Of a stretch of 56,053 nucleotides of DNA, positions 45,865 to 54,345 are shown piece after piece. This stretch comes from Candidatus Pyrohabitans sp. JdFR-17 (GTDB taxonomy: Archaea; Hydrothermarchaeota; Hydrothermarchaeia; Hydrothermarchaeales; BMS3B). Every line of letters begins with the position of its first letter. Within the stretch, counting starts at the first letter, position 1. Where the stretch lies: contig MTME02000085.1 of NCBI GenBank assembly GCA_002011115.2, positions 1 to 56,053 of the forward strand, written 5' to 3'. Position numbers and translations under genes: made by a program. The notes under the pieces are model-generated. The model was not told where the DNA came from, did no database searches, and saw only the letters and a list, made by a program, of their open reading frames with translations.

Positions 45865-47774
45865 CCTCCGCCTTCACTCCTTCCAGAGCCGGGTGCGGTT
45901 TGAGTTCCCTCCTTAAATGACAGCCTTGCAAAGAGATTGGTGTTCTCATACCTCCCCAGGCGCCACAGGTACACGTTGTCATAGATTAGGTCGCTGGTAA
46001 GGTCGTGTATCACCTGCGCCTTCGATGGTCTCAGACCGAAGGCAGAGAGCCTGGCAATGAGGGGAATCCTGTTTATGCTCCTGCCGCGATACTGGCTCTT
46101 CCTCGCCTCAAAGAATTCCTCGGCGGTCATACCCCGGGAAACCCTCGAGTAAGCCTCCAGCGTAAGCAGCTTATCATAAAATCCTGCGGTGACCTCGCTC
46201 GCTCGGGCTTCTGAGGTCAGCGCCCTTATATTGTAGAGGAGCATAAAGCTTCTGGTGTATTCCTTGGCAAGGTCGACTGCAACCTCGAAGGAGAGGTTGG
46301 TAATAAGCTCCTCCTCCAGAGCTTTCCCACGCTGTATGCTCTCCGAGAGGTTCTGCAGGAAGTAGTTCAGCGGCGGGGAGGAGTTCTCAGCAATCTGCAT
46401 CACCCTGCTCTCATCAAATCCCATATAAATCGGCTCCATCTCCACCAGCTCTCTGAGAAAGCCTGCCTTCATCAACTGGAAAGCCTGCCTCTGACTACCC
46501 ACCAGCCTGCCAGTGGTCTTATCCACCAGGAAAACATAACCCGTGGGCTTGCCCTCTGCGTCGACGATGTCAAACAGGTAAACCTCGTGATTATTTGAGA
46601 GGTAAGGTCCCTTCACAACCACGCCTTCACCTCTGAGGAGGAGCGGAAAGCCCGAGAGTATCACCCTCGCCTCCTCTTCGGTTATATTCTTCCCTTCTAT
46701 TGTTATCTTTACATCCTTCACCTCTTCCAGGGATATTTTTTGAGAGATAAGCTCCTCCGGGCTTGGTATTTGCACAGCGTAGGCTGAGGAGAGCAGAATA
46801 AGGGTGGTAATAACCAGCGTGGTCCTTCTCCTCAGGAGCAGGAGGGCAGGAATAAGCAGAATAAATGTGGGGCCACACACGGGCTTGGCGCCCATCCTTG
46901 CATACGCTTTAGCTATGGCATCACTGTAATCGCTGTTCAGCATACTCTCCCTGAGCTTAATCTCCTTCTCCAGCTCCTTGGCGTTCTCATTAACCAGCTC
47001 CACCTCTTTGAGAATGTCCTCCTTCCTTATAACAATCTCCCATTTCTCCCTTATCGTCGTGCCCGGCGGGTACTCCTCAAGCTCCCCAGCAAGGTCAACA
47101 AGGTTAATACCATAAGTATAATAGTCGTCCAGCAGCTTGTTGTATGCGCTTATTAATCGAGAGAAACCCTCATAAGAGTAGTTACCTTCAACAGAAGACC
47201 TCTCCACGCTTACTCTGAAGTGAGGCTCCACCACAGAGTACTCAAAGCGAAGGGCATTATCTGGGTAGAGGATGGAAGAGGTAATCTCAGAGATCTCAGC
47301 CACGTCCTGCATGAGCCTTGTGTAGCTCTCCAACACCTTCTCCAGCTTTTCTCTCTCCACGTCTTCAAGCGTCGCAAAGCTTGCGAAGTTCCTCACATTC
47401 TGCACTTCAAACTCGGAGGCAAGGGGGATTAAGGAGGTGTTGCCCACTGCATAGAAGAGGGGATCATCTATTGTTAAGAGCTTCAAATCCTTTGTGGCGA
47501 GCACCTTACGAATTATCTCCCGATCCTTCACAAACTTCCCCTGCGAAGGGTCGTAAACCAGCGATCCCCTGTTCTCAGCAAGAAACATGTAGTCGAGCAC
47601 ATAGTAGGGCTTGCCCTCAACGTAAAAGGGGCCGTCCACCATAATAGCCTCGCCCTTAGAGTACTTCTCGCCTGCACTGCGGATATCGTCGAAGCTCAGG
47701 GAAAACGCTGAGGGCAGGAGCACTAGCAGAACAAGCAATGATATCAGTGTTGGAAAAACCTTCTTTATATTCAT
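45861..47774 (-). CDS. Exported protein with two homologous halves joined by CGP-CTERM + second signal peptide
   Basis: GEAIMVDGPFY vs GEGVVVKGPYL repeat; central VCGPTFILLIPALLLLRRRTTLVITTLILLSSAYA. Confidence 0.82.
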   Translation of the reverse strand: MNIKKVFPTLISLLVLLVLLPSAFSLSFDDIRSAGEKYSKGEAIMVDGPFYVEGKPYYVLDYMFLAENRGSLVYDPSQGKFVKDREIIRKVLATKDLKLLTIDDPLFYAVGNTSLIPLASEFEVQNVRNFASFATLEDVEREKLEKVLESYTRLMQDVAEISEITSSILYPDNALRFEYSVVEPHFRVSVERSSVEGNYSYEGFSRLISAYNKLLDDYYTYGINLVDLAGELEEYPPGTTIREKWEIVIRKEDILKEVELVNENAKELEKEIKLRESMLNSDYSDAIAKAYARMGAKPVCGPTFILLIPALLLLRRRTTLVITTLILLSSAYAVQIPSPEELISQKISLEEVKDVKITIEGKNITEEEARVILSGFPLLLRGEGVVVKGPYLSNNHEVYLFDIVDAEGKPTGYVFLVDKTTGRLVGSQRQAFQLMKAGFLRELVEMEPIYMGFDESRVMQIAENSSPPLNYFLQNLSESIQRGKALEEELITNLSFEVAVDLAKEYTRSFMLLYNIRALTSEARASEVTAGFYDKLLTLEAYSRVSRGMTAEEFFEARKSQYRGRSINRIPLIARLSAFGLRPSKAQVIHDLTSDLIYDNVYLWRLGRYENTNLFARLSFKEGTQTAPGSGRSEGGG

Positions 47775-47909
47775 TCCAACTGTCCCTTTAATCCATTTTT
47801 TGCAAACCTGCATGCGCCATTCCATCATTATGCCTCGTCCTTAGGATTCCAGTTATTGAAATGTATTTTATTTTATTTAAATTTTTATCCAAATCTCAGC
47901 TTAACAAAC

Positions 47910-48485
47910 TTATGCCACGCTAAATTGCCACCTCAGTATCGCCCTTGCGAGCAGGCGCGCCACCTTCAGAGGCTCTGGCACCGAACCCTGAAGGGTGAAC
48001 AGGTTGAGTGCATGCTTTGCCTCATGCTTATTCATGCCCCTGTAGCGCACAAACACGCGATAGCCAGTGTGAAGCAACACTTCGCTTCTCGCTCCAAGAC
48101 GGCGGTATATCTCCAGCCTAGCATCGGCGTCGCTGAACTCGCGCAGATACTTCTCCAGACCAGAGCTTTCTTCATAGGTGACGCAGATTACAGGCTTCGC
48201 AAGAGTTTCATAAACCTTGTCCAGGTTGACCAGATTGAAGAGGCTTATCACGCAGCCGTTCAGCATTATAAGGTTAATATCCCTTCGTCCGAGCTGATTG
48301 TATATATCAATTACACCCTGCGTAGCGTCTAACCCACGCAGGGTAATCTCCGCAAAGCCAAAGCCGTCTATCTGAAGGTCGCCGCGCATTACCACGCCTG
48401 CGAGCACCGCTTTCTCCCGCTGCTTCACAAAGCTCTCGGCTATACCCAGCGCACGAAGCCCCCGTTTGAAGAAGTTAAGCGGCAT
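47910..48485 (-). CDS. DUF99 family (endonuclease V-like) protein
   Basis: LGIAESF, AGVVMR.D..IDG, G.DAT, FN.V, PEPL.VA motifs. Confidence 0.85.
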   Translation of the reverse strand: MPLNFFKRGLRALGIAESFVKQREKAVLAGVVMRGDLQIDGFGFAEITLRGLDATQGVIDIYNQLGRRDINLIMLNGCVISLFNLVNLDKVYETLAKPVICVTYEESSGLEKYLREFSDADARLEIYRRLGARSEVLLHTGYRVFVRYRGMNKHEAKHALNLFTLQGSVPEPLKVARLLARAILRWQFSVA

Positions 48486-48531
48486 GAGTTTATTTTGTTT
48501 GATGTTTTATATACTCATTGCGAAGAGGCTA

Positions 48532-49305
48532 CTAATCCAAACCAGCAAACTCGCGGAGGTACTCTTCCTCCAGAAAGTGGAGCTCCCCGGGGATTACCAG
48601 CGTGTGGGGCAGCGCCCCAAGCTCAGCTTTTAGAAGCTCTTTAATTTTACCTGCCGTAACCTTCGCGTTAGGAGCGCCGGCGGCAGAAACCACTATAGCA
48701 AGCGTGTCTTCGCCTATAACCCCATCTCCACGTTTTTTCTCAATGGTGAGGAGAATATTCAGCGCCTCCCCCGCGGACATCATGTACCCCTCTTCAGCTT
48801 TAATGTCCAGGAAGAGCAGTGTGTGAAGCCCCCGTGAAAGGTTCTCCTTGAGCACATCGTAGGGCGTTTCCGGGAAAAAACCTGCCTCTGGCCTAGCTAC
48901 AGTTGCACTTCTACCAAACTTGTAGTTGTGCAAGCCACTGAGAGAAGGTGCAGCCGAGAGAATGGACGCGTTGTGCACAACCCGCGTTGCGATGCCTAGA
49001 TTCTTTGCCTCGATACGGAGCGCCGCGTGGGTGGTCGAAACCATGGGATCACCTGCCACAAGCAGGGCAACCCTTTTTTGTTTCGCCAGCTTTAAGATAA
49101 CCTCTCCAGCATGCTCCTCCACGTCCCGCCTGCTCAGCAGCTTTATCTTCTTTCCTGCCAGGCGCTCCAGGCGCTCCAGGTTGAGCCCAGGCATGTGGGA
49201 GGTGTAGAGCTCTGCAAAGGCCAAGTCGCACCGCTTAAGCTCCTCCAAGCCGCGCAGAGTTATGTCCATCTCATCGTAGAGACCAAGTCCTATGAAGATG
49301 AGCAT
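48532..49305 (-). CDS. dph5: Diphthine synthase
   Basis: MLIFIGLGL, E.YTS, GDPMVSTTH, YKFG, GLHTL.FLD, PHTLVIPG.LH..E; true start at MLIFIG. Confidence 0.96.
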   Translation of the reverse strand: MLIFIGLGLYDEMDITLRGLEELKRCDLAFAELYTSHMPGLNLERLERLAGKKIKLLSRRDVEEHAGEVILKLAKQKRVALLVAGDPMVSTTHAALRIEAKNLGIATRVVHNASILSAAPSLSGLHNYKFGRSATVARPEAGFFPETPYDVLKENLSRGLHTLLFLDIKAEEGYMMSAGEALNILLTIEKKRGDGVIGEDTLAIVVSAAGAPNAKVTAGKIKELLKAELGALPHTLVIPGELHFLEEEYLREFAGLD

Positions 49306-49337
49306 AAATAAATATTCGCAGTGGTTTATAAAAAAAC

Positions 49338-50351
49338 ATGCTCGGCGTGCGCGTACCTGCGAAGGAGGCAGAGAAGGCAAGGCGGGAGCTTCTCGCAGCG
49401 GGAGCGCTGGCAAAGGAGTACCACATTAAGAGGCAGGGTAACTATGTGCTCCTCCCTGTAAAAGAAGAAGCCAGAGAGCTTCTCCATGACTACGAGGTGA
49501 TTGAAGCCGAGTTTGAGCCGCTTGCAAAGCGCAAGAGCTTTGAGAGCCTGCTGAAGGAGGTCCTGAGTAAGGAAGAGCTTTCACACGTTAAGTGGAGCTT
49601 CGACATAGTTGGCGACATCGCAATAATAGAAGTGCCGGAAGAGCTTGCCCACAGGAAGCATGAGATCGCTAAGGCGCTGATGGAAGCGCACAAGAATATC
49701 AAAGCGGTTTTCCGCAAGAGCAGCGAGGTTCGTGGCGAGGCGAGAGTACGTGAGCTTGAGCATCTCGCTGGCGAGGCGAGGAGCGAGACAATTCACAAAG
49801 AACACGGTCTTAGACTCAAGCTGGACGTGGCGAAGGTCTACTTCTCACCCCGTCTCGCCTATGAAAGGCAGCGGGTGCTGAAGCAGGTTAAAGATGGCGA
49901 GGTTATAGTGGACCTCTTCGCAGGCGTGGGTCCATTTCCACTCCTCTTTGCAAAGCACCGCAGGGTTAAAGTTTATGCGATTGACATTAACCCAGAGGCA
50001 GTGAAGTACATGAGGGAGAACATAGCCCTCAACAGACTAAAGGGTGAGGTCATACCCCTCCTCGGTGACGCCCGCGAGATTGCACCGCGTGGCGTAGCCT
50101 CGCGCGTAATAATGAACCTGCCAAAGAGCAGCGACGCCTTTCTCGACCTTGCCTTTGAGGTTCTCAAGCCAGAGGGAGGTGTGGTGCATTACTACACGAT
50201 TGCGCCGGAGGAAGACCTATGGGGTAAGGCTGAGCTTGCTCGCAGTGTAGCGAGGCGCATGGGGAAGAAAATAAAGCTGCTGGAAAAGCGCGTGGTGCGC
50301 ACATACTCGCCGCGAAACTACCACGTGGTATTTGACCTTAAAGTCTCCTGA
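49338..50351 (+). CDS. trm5: tRNA (guanine-37-N1) methyltransferase, Trm5/Met-10 family
   Basis: FDIVGDIAI, KVYFSPRL..ER, DLFAGVGPF, IDINP.A, IMNLP. Confidence 0.93.
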   Translation: MLGVRVPAKEAEKARRELLAAGALAKEYHIKRQGNYVLLPVKEEARELLHDYEVIEAEFEPLAKRKSFESLLKEVLSKEELSHVKWSFDIVGDIAIIEVPEELAHRKHEIAKALMEAHKNIKAVFRKSSEVRGEARVRELEHLAGEARSETIHKEHGLRLKLDVAKVYFSPRLAYERQRVLKQVKDGEVIVDLFAGVGPFPLLFAKHRRVKVYAIDINPEAVKYMRENIALNRLKGEVIPLLGDAREIAPRGVASRVIMNLPKSSDAFLDLAFEVLKPEGGVVHYYTIAPEEDLWGKAELARSVARRMGKKIKLLEKRVVRTYSPRNYHVVFDLKVS

Positions 50352-50814
50352 AGAAACTCCACCTGCGCAGGTATTCCAGGTTGAGAGGCAGAATCTCCGG
50401 CTTATACGCTGCTATGAACAGGAGCAAGCCTATCGCATCAGTGCCAATTCCAAAGAAGCCCAGATAGTGGTCGAATATGCTGTAGCTGTCTACCACTGGA
50501 AATTCATAGTCAAGCAGGGGGTAAAACCAAGGCACAAAGGAATAGGCGTCCTCTATAAGATGGGCGACGCTACCCAGAGCGAGAGAAACGCCAGCTCGCT
50601 TACTGTGAAGCAGAGCAAAGGCACAGCCTGCGAGGGCAGCGAAGGCGAGGGTGTGGGCAATAAACCGCCCTCCACCTATATTGAAGAATATCACCAGAAC
50701 TTTATCCACAAGGTCGGGGAGGAGCACGCCCAGGGCAAGAAAGCCAATGCTGAGGTTGAGCTTCCTGCCCACAAGCAAGGTGAAGGTCACATGCCCCAGG
50801 GGATACATAATCAA
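50338..50814 (-). CDS. Membrane metal-dependent hydrolase (YdjM-like)
   Basis: GH, LPDLVD, R..AHT and AHL.ED motifs with TM helices. Confidence 0.8.
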   Translation of the reverse strand: MIMYPLGHVTFTLLVGRKLNLSIGFLALGVLLPDLVDKVLVIFFNIGGGRFIAHTLAFAALAGCAFALLHSKRAGVSLALGSVAHLIEDAYSFVPWFYPLLDYEFPVVDSYSIFDHYLGFFGIGTDAIGLLLFIAAYKPEILPLNLEYLRRWSFFRRL

Positions 50815-50828
50815 AACCCTTTTTATAG

Positions 50829-50945
50829 AGTATAAATAACTTTACCCCGTAAACTACCACTCGTTAAAACGGGTGGCTTTGTGGGTTGTGCCCACGGGCA
50901 TGTTTACGATGCCCCAGCTCTTAGGGAACTTTGCCCTAAGAGCTA
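50829..50945 (-). ncRNA. Predicted TnpB omega-RNA 3' scaffold and guide
   Basis: Stacked hairpins GGGCAT/ATGCCC, GTGGG/CCCAC, CCAC/GTGG overlap the tnpB 3' end; the guide would be the flank GGGGTAAAGTTATTTATACT; 5' end unknown. Confidence 0.55.
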
Positions 50946-52217
50946 TGTTACAACTTGCGTTGAAATCTGCATTGGAGGTATAACCATGTTTACACTTGAA
51001 AAGCACACCATGGCGGTAACCTACCGCCCCGCAAATGTGGCATCTCTTGGATGTTCCATTAGGCAAGACTATCTTAACATAAATGCCCCTCCAATGTGCT
51101 TTGTAGAGAACGAAGTCCCTGATTCTGCCATGTATCCAGTTAGAAAGTTTTCGATTCATTTTCTTGCCACGCTTGCCCTTCCTTGGTTTAAAGTTATTGA
51201 GATTCTCAATAGCAATCATAGCATTGTTGGCTCTAGCTTTTTCAACAATTCGTTTGGACACATTGTGAGCAATCCATGTGTTAATTCTGTGAATTTTCCT
51301 CCACAACCTTCTTATCTGCTTCGAAGTTCTCTGTCCCTCTGGGAGTTTAGACTTCAAGTAATCAATTCTTTTCCACAAGTAGCGAATTCTATCAAGCAAC
51401 CTGCGATACTTTACAAACTCAACATCGCTTATCTTGCCGTTTTTATGCAAAACCACAACTGTGGCTTGATACCTCAAGCCTATGTCCACACCAACTACGG
51501 TGTCAGATTGCTTAACCTCAACTTCCTTCTTGACTACAACTACGAAGTAAAACCATCCTCCACGCCTGACAAGCTGAACCGCTCCAAGCTTGTATTTCCT
51601 TTCCAAGGCGTCTTTAAGCAGCCCGCGCTGATATTCACCGCACTCAACTGGAATTACGATGCGGCTGTTGTTGTCAACCTTAACCTTAAAGAAGAAGGGA
51701 AATTCTTTACCATGTTCGAATATACTACATACACGTGGAATATTCATTCTGACTGTAAATTCTACAATCCTGGGCAAAGAGGGTTCATGTTCGATTTCAC
51801 CATCAAGCCACTTCTTGTAAAGCTTAGCCCAACTGTTAAAAGCTTCTACAACTACATCTCTAATTTCCTGCACAGTCTGGCTTCCAACATCAAAAGTTTC
51901 CCTAACCTGCTTGTAGAGTTCTTGGTGAAGGATATTTTTGAGGTCTCTAGCTGTAATCTCATTAATAAGCTTCTCGTGCAGAGAGTTCTCAAGTATGTAA
52001 GAGTGGTAAAACCTGGCTATTGCCTGGCATCGATTGTAAAAGTCTCTAAGCTGCAAAAACTTATTCATGTTTATCTTTGGCGAAACCTTCACTGTAACAC
52101 TTTTAGCAACCTGCATCGTGCGGTCTTGTGGTTATTTAAATTTAAAAACCTAACGGAGGTGAGTAAGGCGGCATTCCTCCACCCATTGAAATGCGCTGCC
52201 TCCTGCCGCCAGAGTTT
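50849..52217 (-). mobile_element. Non-autonomous IS200/IS605-family (IS1341-like) element carrying tnpB only
   Basis: Left-end hairpin GGCGGCA..TGCCGCC (52167-52210); right-end hairpin CCACTCGTTAAAACGGGTGG followed by GTAGTTTAC on the minus strand; no tnpA; ends inferred. Confidence 0.8.
50854..52116 (-). CDS. tnpB: RNA-guided endonuclease TnpB
   Basis: RuvC GVDIG / IAIENL / NADFNA with all three acidic residues intact; TSKRCHICG...FKCKHG zinc ribbon. Confidence 0.93.
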   Translation of the reverse strand: MQVAKSVTVKVSPKINMNKFLQLRDFYNRCQAIARFYHSYILENSLHEKLINEITARDLKNILHQELYKQVRETFDVGSQTVQEIRDVVVEAFNSWAKLYKKWLDGEIEHEPSLPRIVEFTVRMNIPRVCSIFEHGKEFPFFFKVKVDNNSRIVIPVECGEYQRGLLKDALERKYKLGAVQLVRRGGWFYFVVVVKKEVEVKQSDTVVGVDIGLRYQATVVVLHKNGKISDVEFVKYRRLLDRIRYLWKRIDYLKSKLPEGQRTSKQIRRLWRKIHRINTWIAHNVSKRIVEKARANNAMIAIENLNNFKPRKGKRGKKMNRKLSNWIHGRIRDFVLYKAHWRGIYVKIVLPNGTSKRCHICGAVGYRHGVLFKCKHGYTSNADFNASCNIALRAKFPKSWGIVNMPVGTTHKATRFNEW

Positions 52218-53204
52218 ATGAAACTCTCACAGCTGGGCGAGCGTAATATAATTAAGGTCTTCGCAGAAATTTTTGGAGACTGTGCTGCGGCGGAAGTAGG
52301 TATAGGCGACGATGCAGCTGTGATTAGGGCAGACGAGGCTCTGATTGTGGTCTCCGCAGACATGATACGCGAAACAACGCACATTCCGCGAGAGATGACG
52401 CCGGAGCAGGCGGGCAGCTATGCGGTGAATGTCAACCTGAGCGACCTAGCAGCCATGGGAGCCAAACCCCTGGCGATGCTCTTCTCCTTTGGCTTGCCCG
52501 GCGATAAGGACGAGACATATGTGAAAAGGCTGGCGCAGGGTATAAAAGAAGCGTGCGATGCTCACGAAGTTTGCGTTATAGGAGGCGACACAAAGGAGCA
52601 CAGCGAAGTTGTGATTTCAGGCTTTGCCCTTGGCGTAGCCGAGGCAGGGAGATACCTGACGCGGAGCGGAGCAAAAGTTGGAGAGCTGCTCTGCGTCACA
52701 GGCAGCTTAGGCGCAGCCGCCGCTGGCTTCTACTGCCTTACCAGAGATATAGAGCATCCAAATAGGGAAGATTTCCTCAAAGCGGCACTTGAGCCGAGGG
52801 CGAGAGTTAAGGAAGGGCTTGCCCTTGCTGGTAGCGCAAGCGCTTGCATGGATGTAAGCGACGGCCTGGCGTTCAGCCTGCATGAGCTGGCGAGAAAAAG
52901 CGGCGTGGGCTTCGAGGTTTATGAAGAGCTCCTGCCACGCCCTGAGGCGGTTAAAGAGATAGCCGCCCTCGCTAGCGTTGACGAGAGGGAGGTGCTCTTC
53001 CACAAGGGCGGAGACTTCGAGCTTTTGTTTACAGTAAGCGAGGAGGCATTCCCTGCGCTGCAGGAGGAGTTTAAGAAGAGAAAGCTGGCGCCAATCTCAA
53101 TGATAGGCAGGATTATCAATGAAGGGAGCTGGCTGATAACAGAAAAAGGCGAGAAGGTGAAGCTTCCAGCGCGGGGTTACGAAGCGTTTAAGGGTGGGTT
53201 TTAA
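52218..53204 (+). CDS. thiL: Thiamine-monophosphate kinase
   Basis: GE..II, GIGDDAA, NLSDLAAMGA.P, IGGDT, RSGA, MDVSDGL, GGDFELLFT; start at MKLSQLGE. Confidence 0.96.
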   Translation: MKLSQLGERNIIKVFAEIFGDCAAAEVGIGDDAAVIRADEALIVVSADMIRETTHIPREMTPEQAGSYAVNVNLSDLAAMGAKPLAMLFSFGLPGDKDETYVKRLAQGIKEACDAHEVCVIGGDTKEHSEVVISGFALGVAEAGRYLTRSGAKVGELLCVTGSLGAAAAGFYCLTRDIEHPNREDFLKAALEPRARVKEGLALAGSASACMDVSDGLAFSLHELARKSGVGFEVYEELLPRPEAVKEIAALASVDEREVLFHKGGDFELLFTVSEEAFPALQEEFKKRKLAPISMIGRIINEGSWLITEKGEKVKLPARGYEAFKGGF

Positions 53205-53494
53205 ATCCCTATCAATCCCAGATCCCAGATGCCCCACACTATGGCGATTAAGCCTGCTATTCGAAGAGCAGCCTCCGCCATACTCTTGCCGACGAAGATT
53301 ATCACAAGACCAATAACCACCGGGAATATTGCTTCAAGGCTAACTGCAAATCCGCTCAGGTAGTACTTCACCGCTCCAATGAGAATAAAGCCCGCGCCTA
53401 TTATGTTGAGAATCAAGCCCACAACGCGGGGGGCTATTAGTATAAGCACCAGACCAATGGCAATCTTAACAAGGGGCTCCATTCCCAGATTCAT
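53201..53494 (-). CDS. Small membrane protein
   Basis: Almost entirely hydrophobic 97 aa; stop overlaps the thiL stop. Confidence 0.7.
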   Translation of the reverse strand: MNLGMEPLVKIAIGLVLILIAPRVVGLILNIIGAGFILIGAVKYYLSGFAVSLEAIFPVVIGLVIIFVGKSMAEAALRIAGLIAIVWGIWDLGLIGI

Positions 53495-53572
53495 GCATAT
53501 AATTTTGCAATGGAGAAGTTAAAAAGCTTTCGCACGGCAAGCTTTATTAGCTCTGCTGAGAATACCCCTGCC

Positions 53573-54322
53573 ATGATTAAAGCAGAGTTTATGATAGAAG
53601 CCCAGAGTAACAACATGGACGCGGTGGCAGGGGCACTTCACGAGCTGGAGGAGAAGATTAGAGCAGACGCAGAGGTGAGGGTTCGCAGGGTAGAGTACGG
53701 CGATGTCGAGGAGGAGGATGGGCTTTACTCTGGCATCGCCGAGTTTGAGCTTGAATTTGACAGCTTTCGAAGTTATCTCAACGCCGCCATTGCGTATGGA
53801 CCCTCGGCGATATATGTGCTCAGCCCTGAGAAGCTCGTGCTCAGCACCAAAGAGTTTCTCCTCACCCTTGGGGAGATTATCAAGCTAACAAAGAAGTTTT
53901 ATCAGAGGTACCGCGTGGGGTTTGAGTTTGAGCCAGAGGAAGAGGTCAATGTTGGCATCGACGACTATGAGATAGAGGAGTTGCTCAAGGAGGGGGCGCT
54001 TCGCATAAAGCTTGTTGCTGAGGTCTCTGCGGAAAGCGAGGATGAGGCGGTAAAGCTCTTCGTTGGGGATATAAGCGAGGAGGCTCCTGTAAACAAGGTG
54101 AAGAGCACCTTCAACAAGGAGAGCGGTGCCTACCTCGTAGCTGTGGAGGCCTTTCCCCATGATGCGAGGGCACTTTTCAGCATAGCAATACGCCATGTGC
54201 CGGTGCTTATAGAGATACTCGAGCCAGAGGAGATAACCCTGAGCATGCTCGACCTTCAGGACATCGCCCTTGACCTCGCTGGCATTTTCTTTGAGGCTTC
54301 GCAAATGCTGGCGCTGAGGTGA
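53573..54322 (+). CDS. Conserved archaeal hypothetical protein with internal duplication
   Basis: YGPSAIYVLSPEKL vs HVPVLIEILEPEEI repeat; acidic; start probably MIKAEF. Confidence 0.75.
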   Translation: MIKAEFMIEAQSNNMDAVAGALHELEEKIRADAEVRVRRVEYGDVEEEDGLYSGIAEFELEFDSFRSYLNAAIAYGPSAIYVLSPEKLVLSTKEFLLTLGEIIKLTKKFYQRYRVGFEFEPEEEVNVGIDDYEIEELLKEGALRIKLVAEVSAESEDEAVKLFVGDISEEAPVNKVKSTFNKESGAYLVAVEAFPHDARALFSIAIRHVPVLIEILEPEEITLSMLDLQDIALDLAGIFFEASQMLALR

Positions 54323-54345
54323 GCAGGAGATAGCAAGGTGATGGC

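Noticed and set aside
50332-50835. 167-aa plus-strand ORF
   Set aside because: Antisense to the hydrophobic hydrolase gene, which carries the conserved motifs
50854-52116. Cas12f/Cas14 CRISPR effector
   Set aside because: No array or cas genes nearby; IS605-type terminal hairpins flank the gene
52191-52217. N-terminal extension of thiL (MRCLLPPEF)
   Set aside because: Lies within the IS left-end hairpin; ThiL-like sequence begins at ATG 52218
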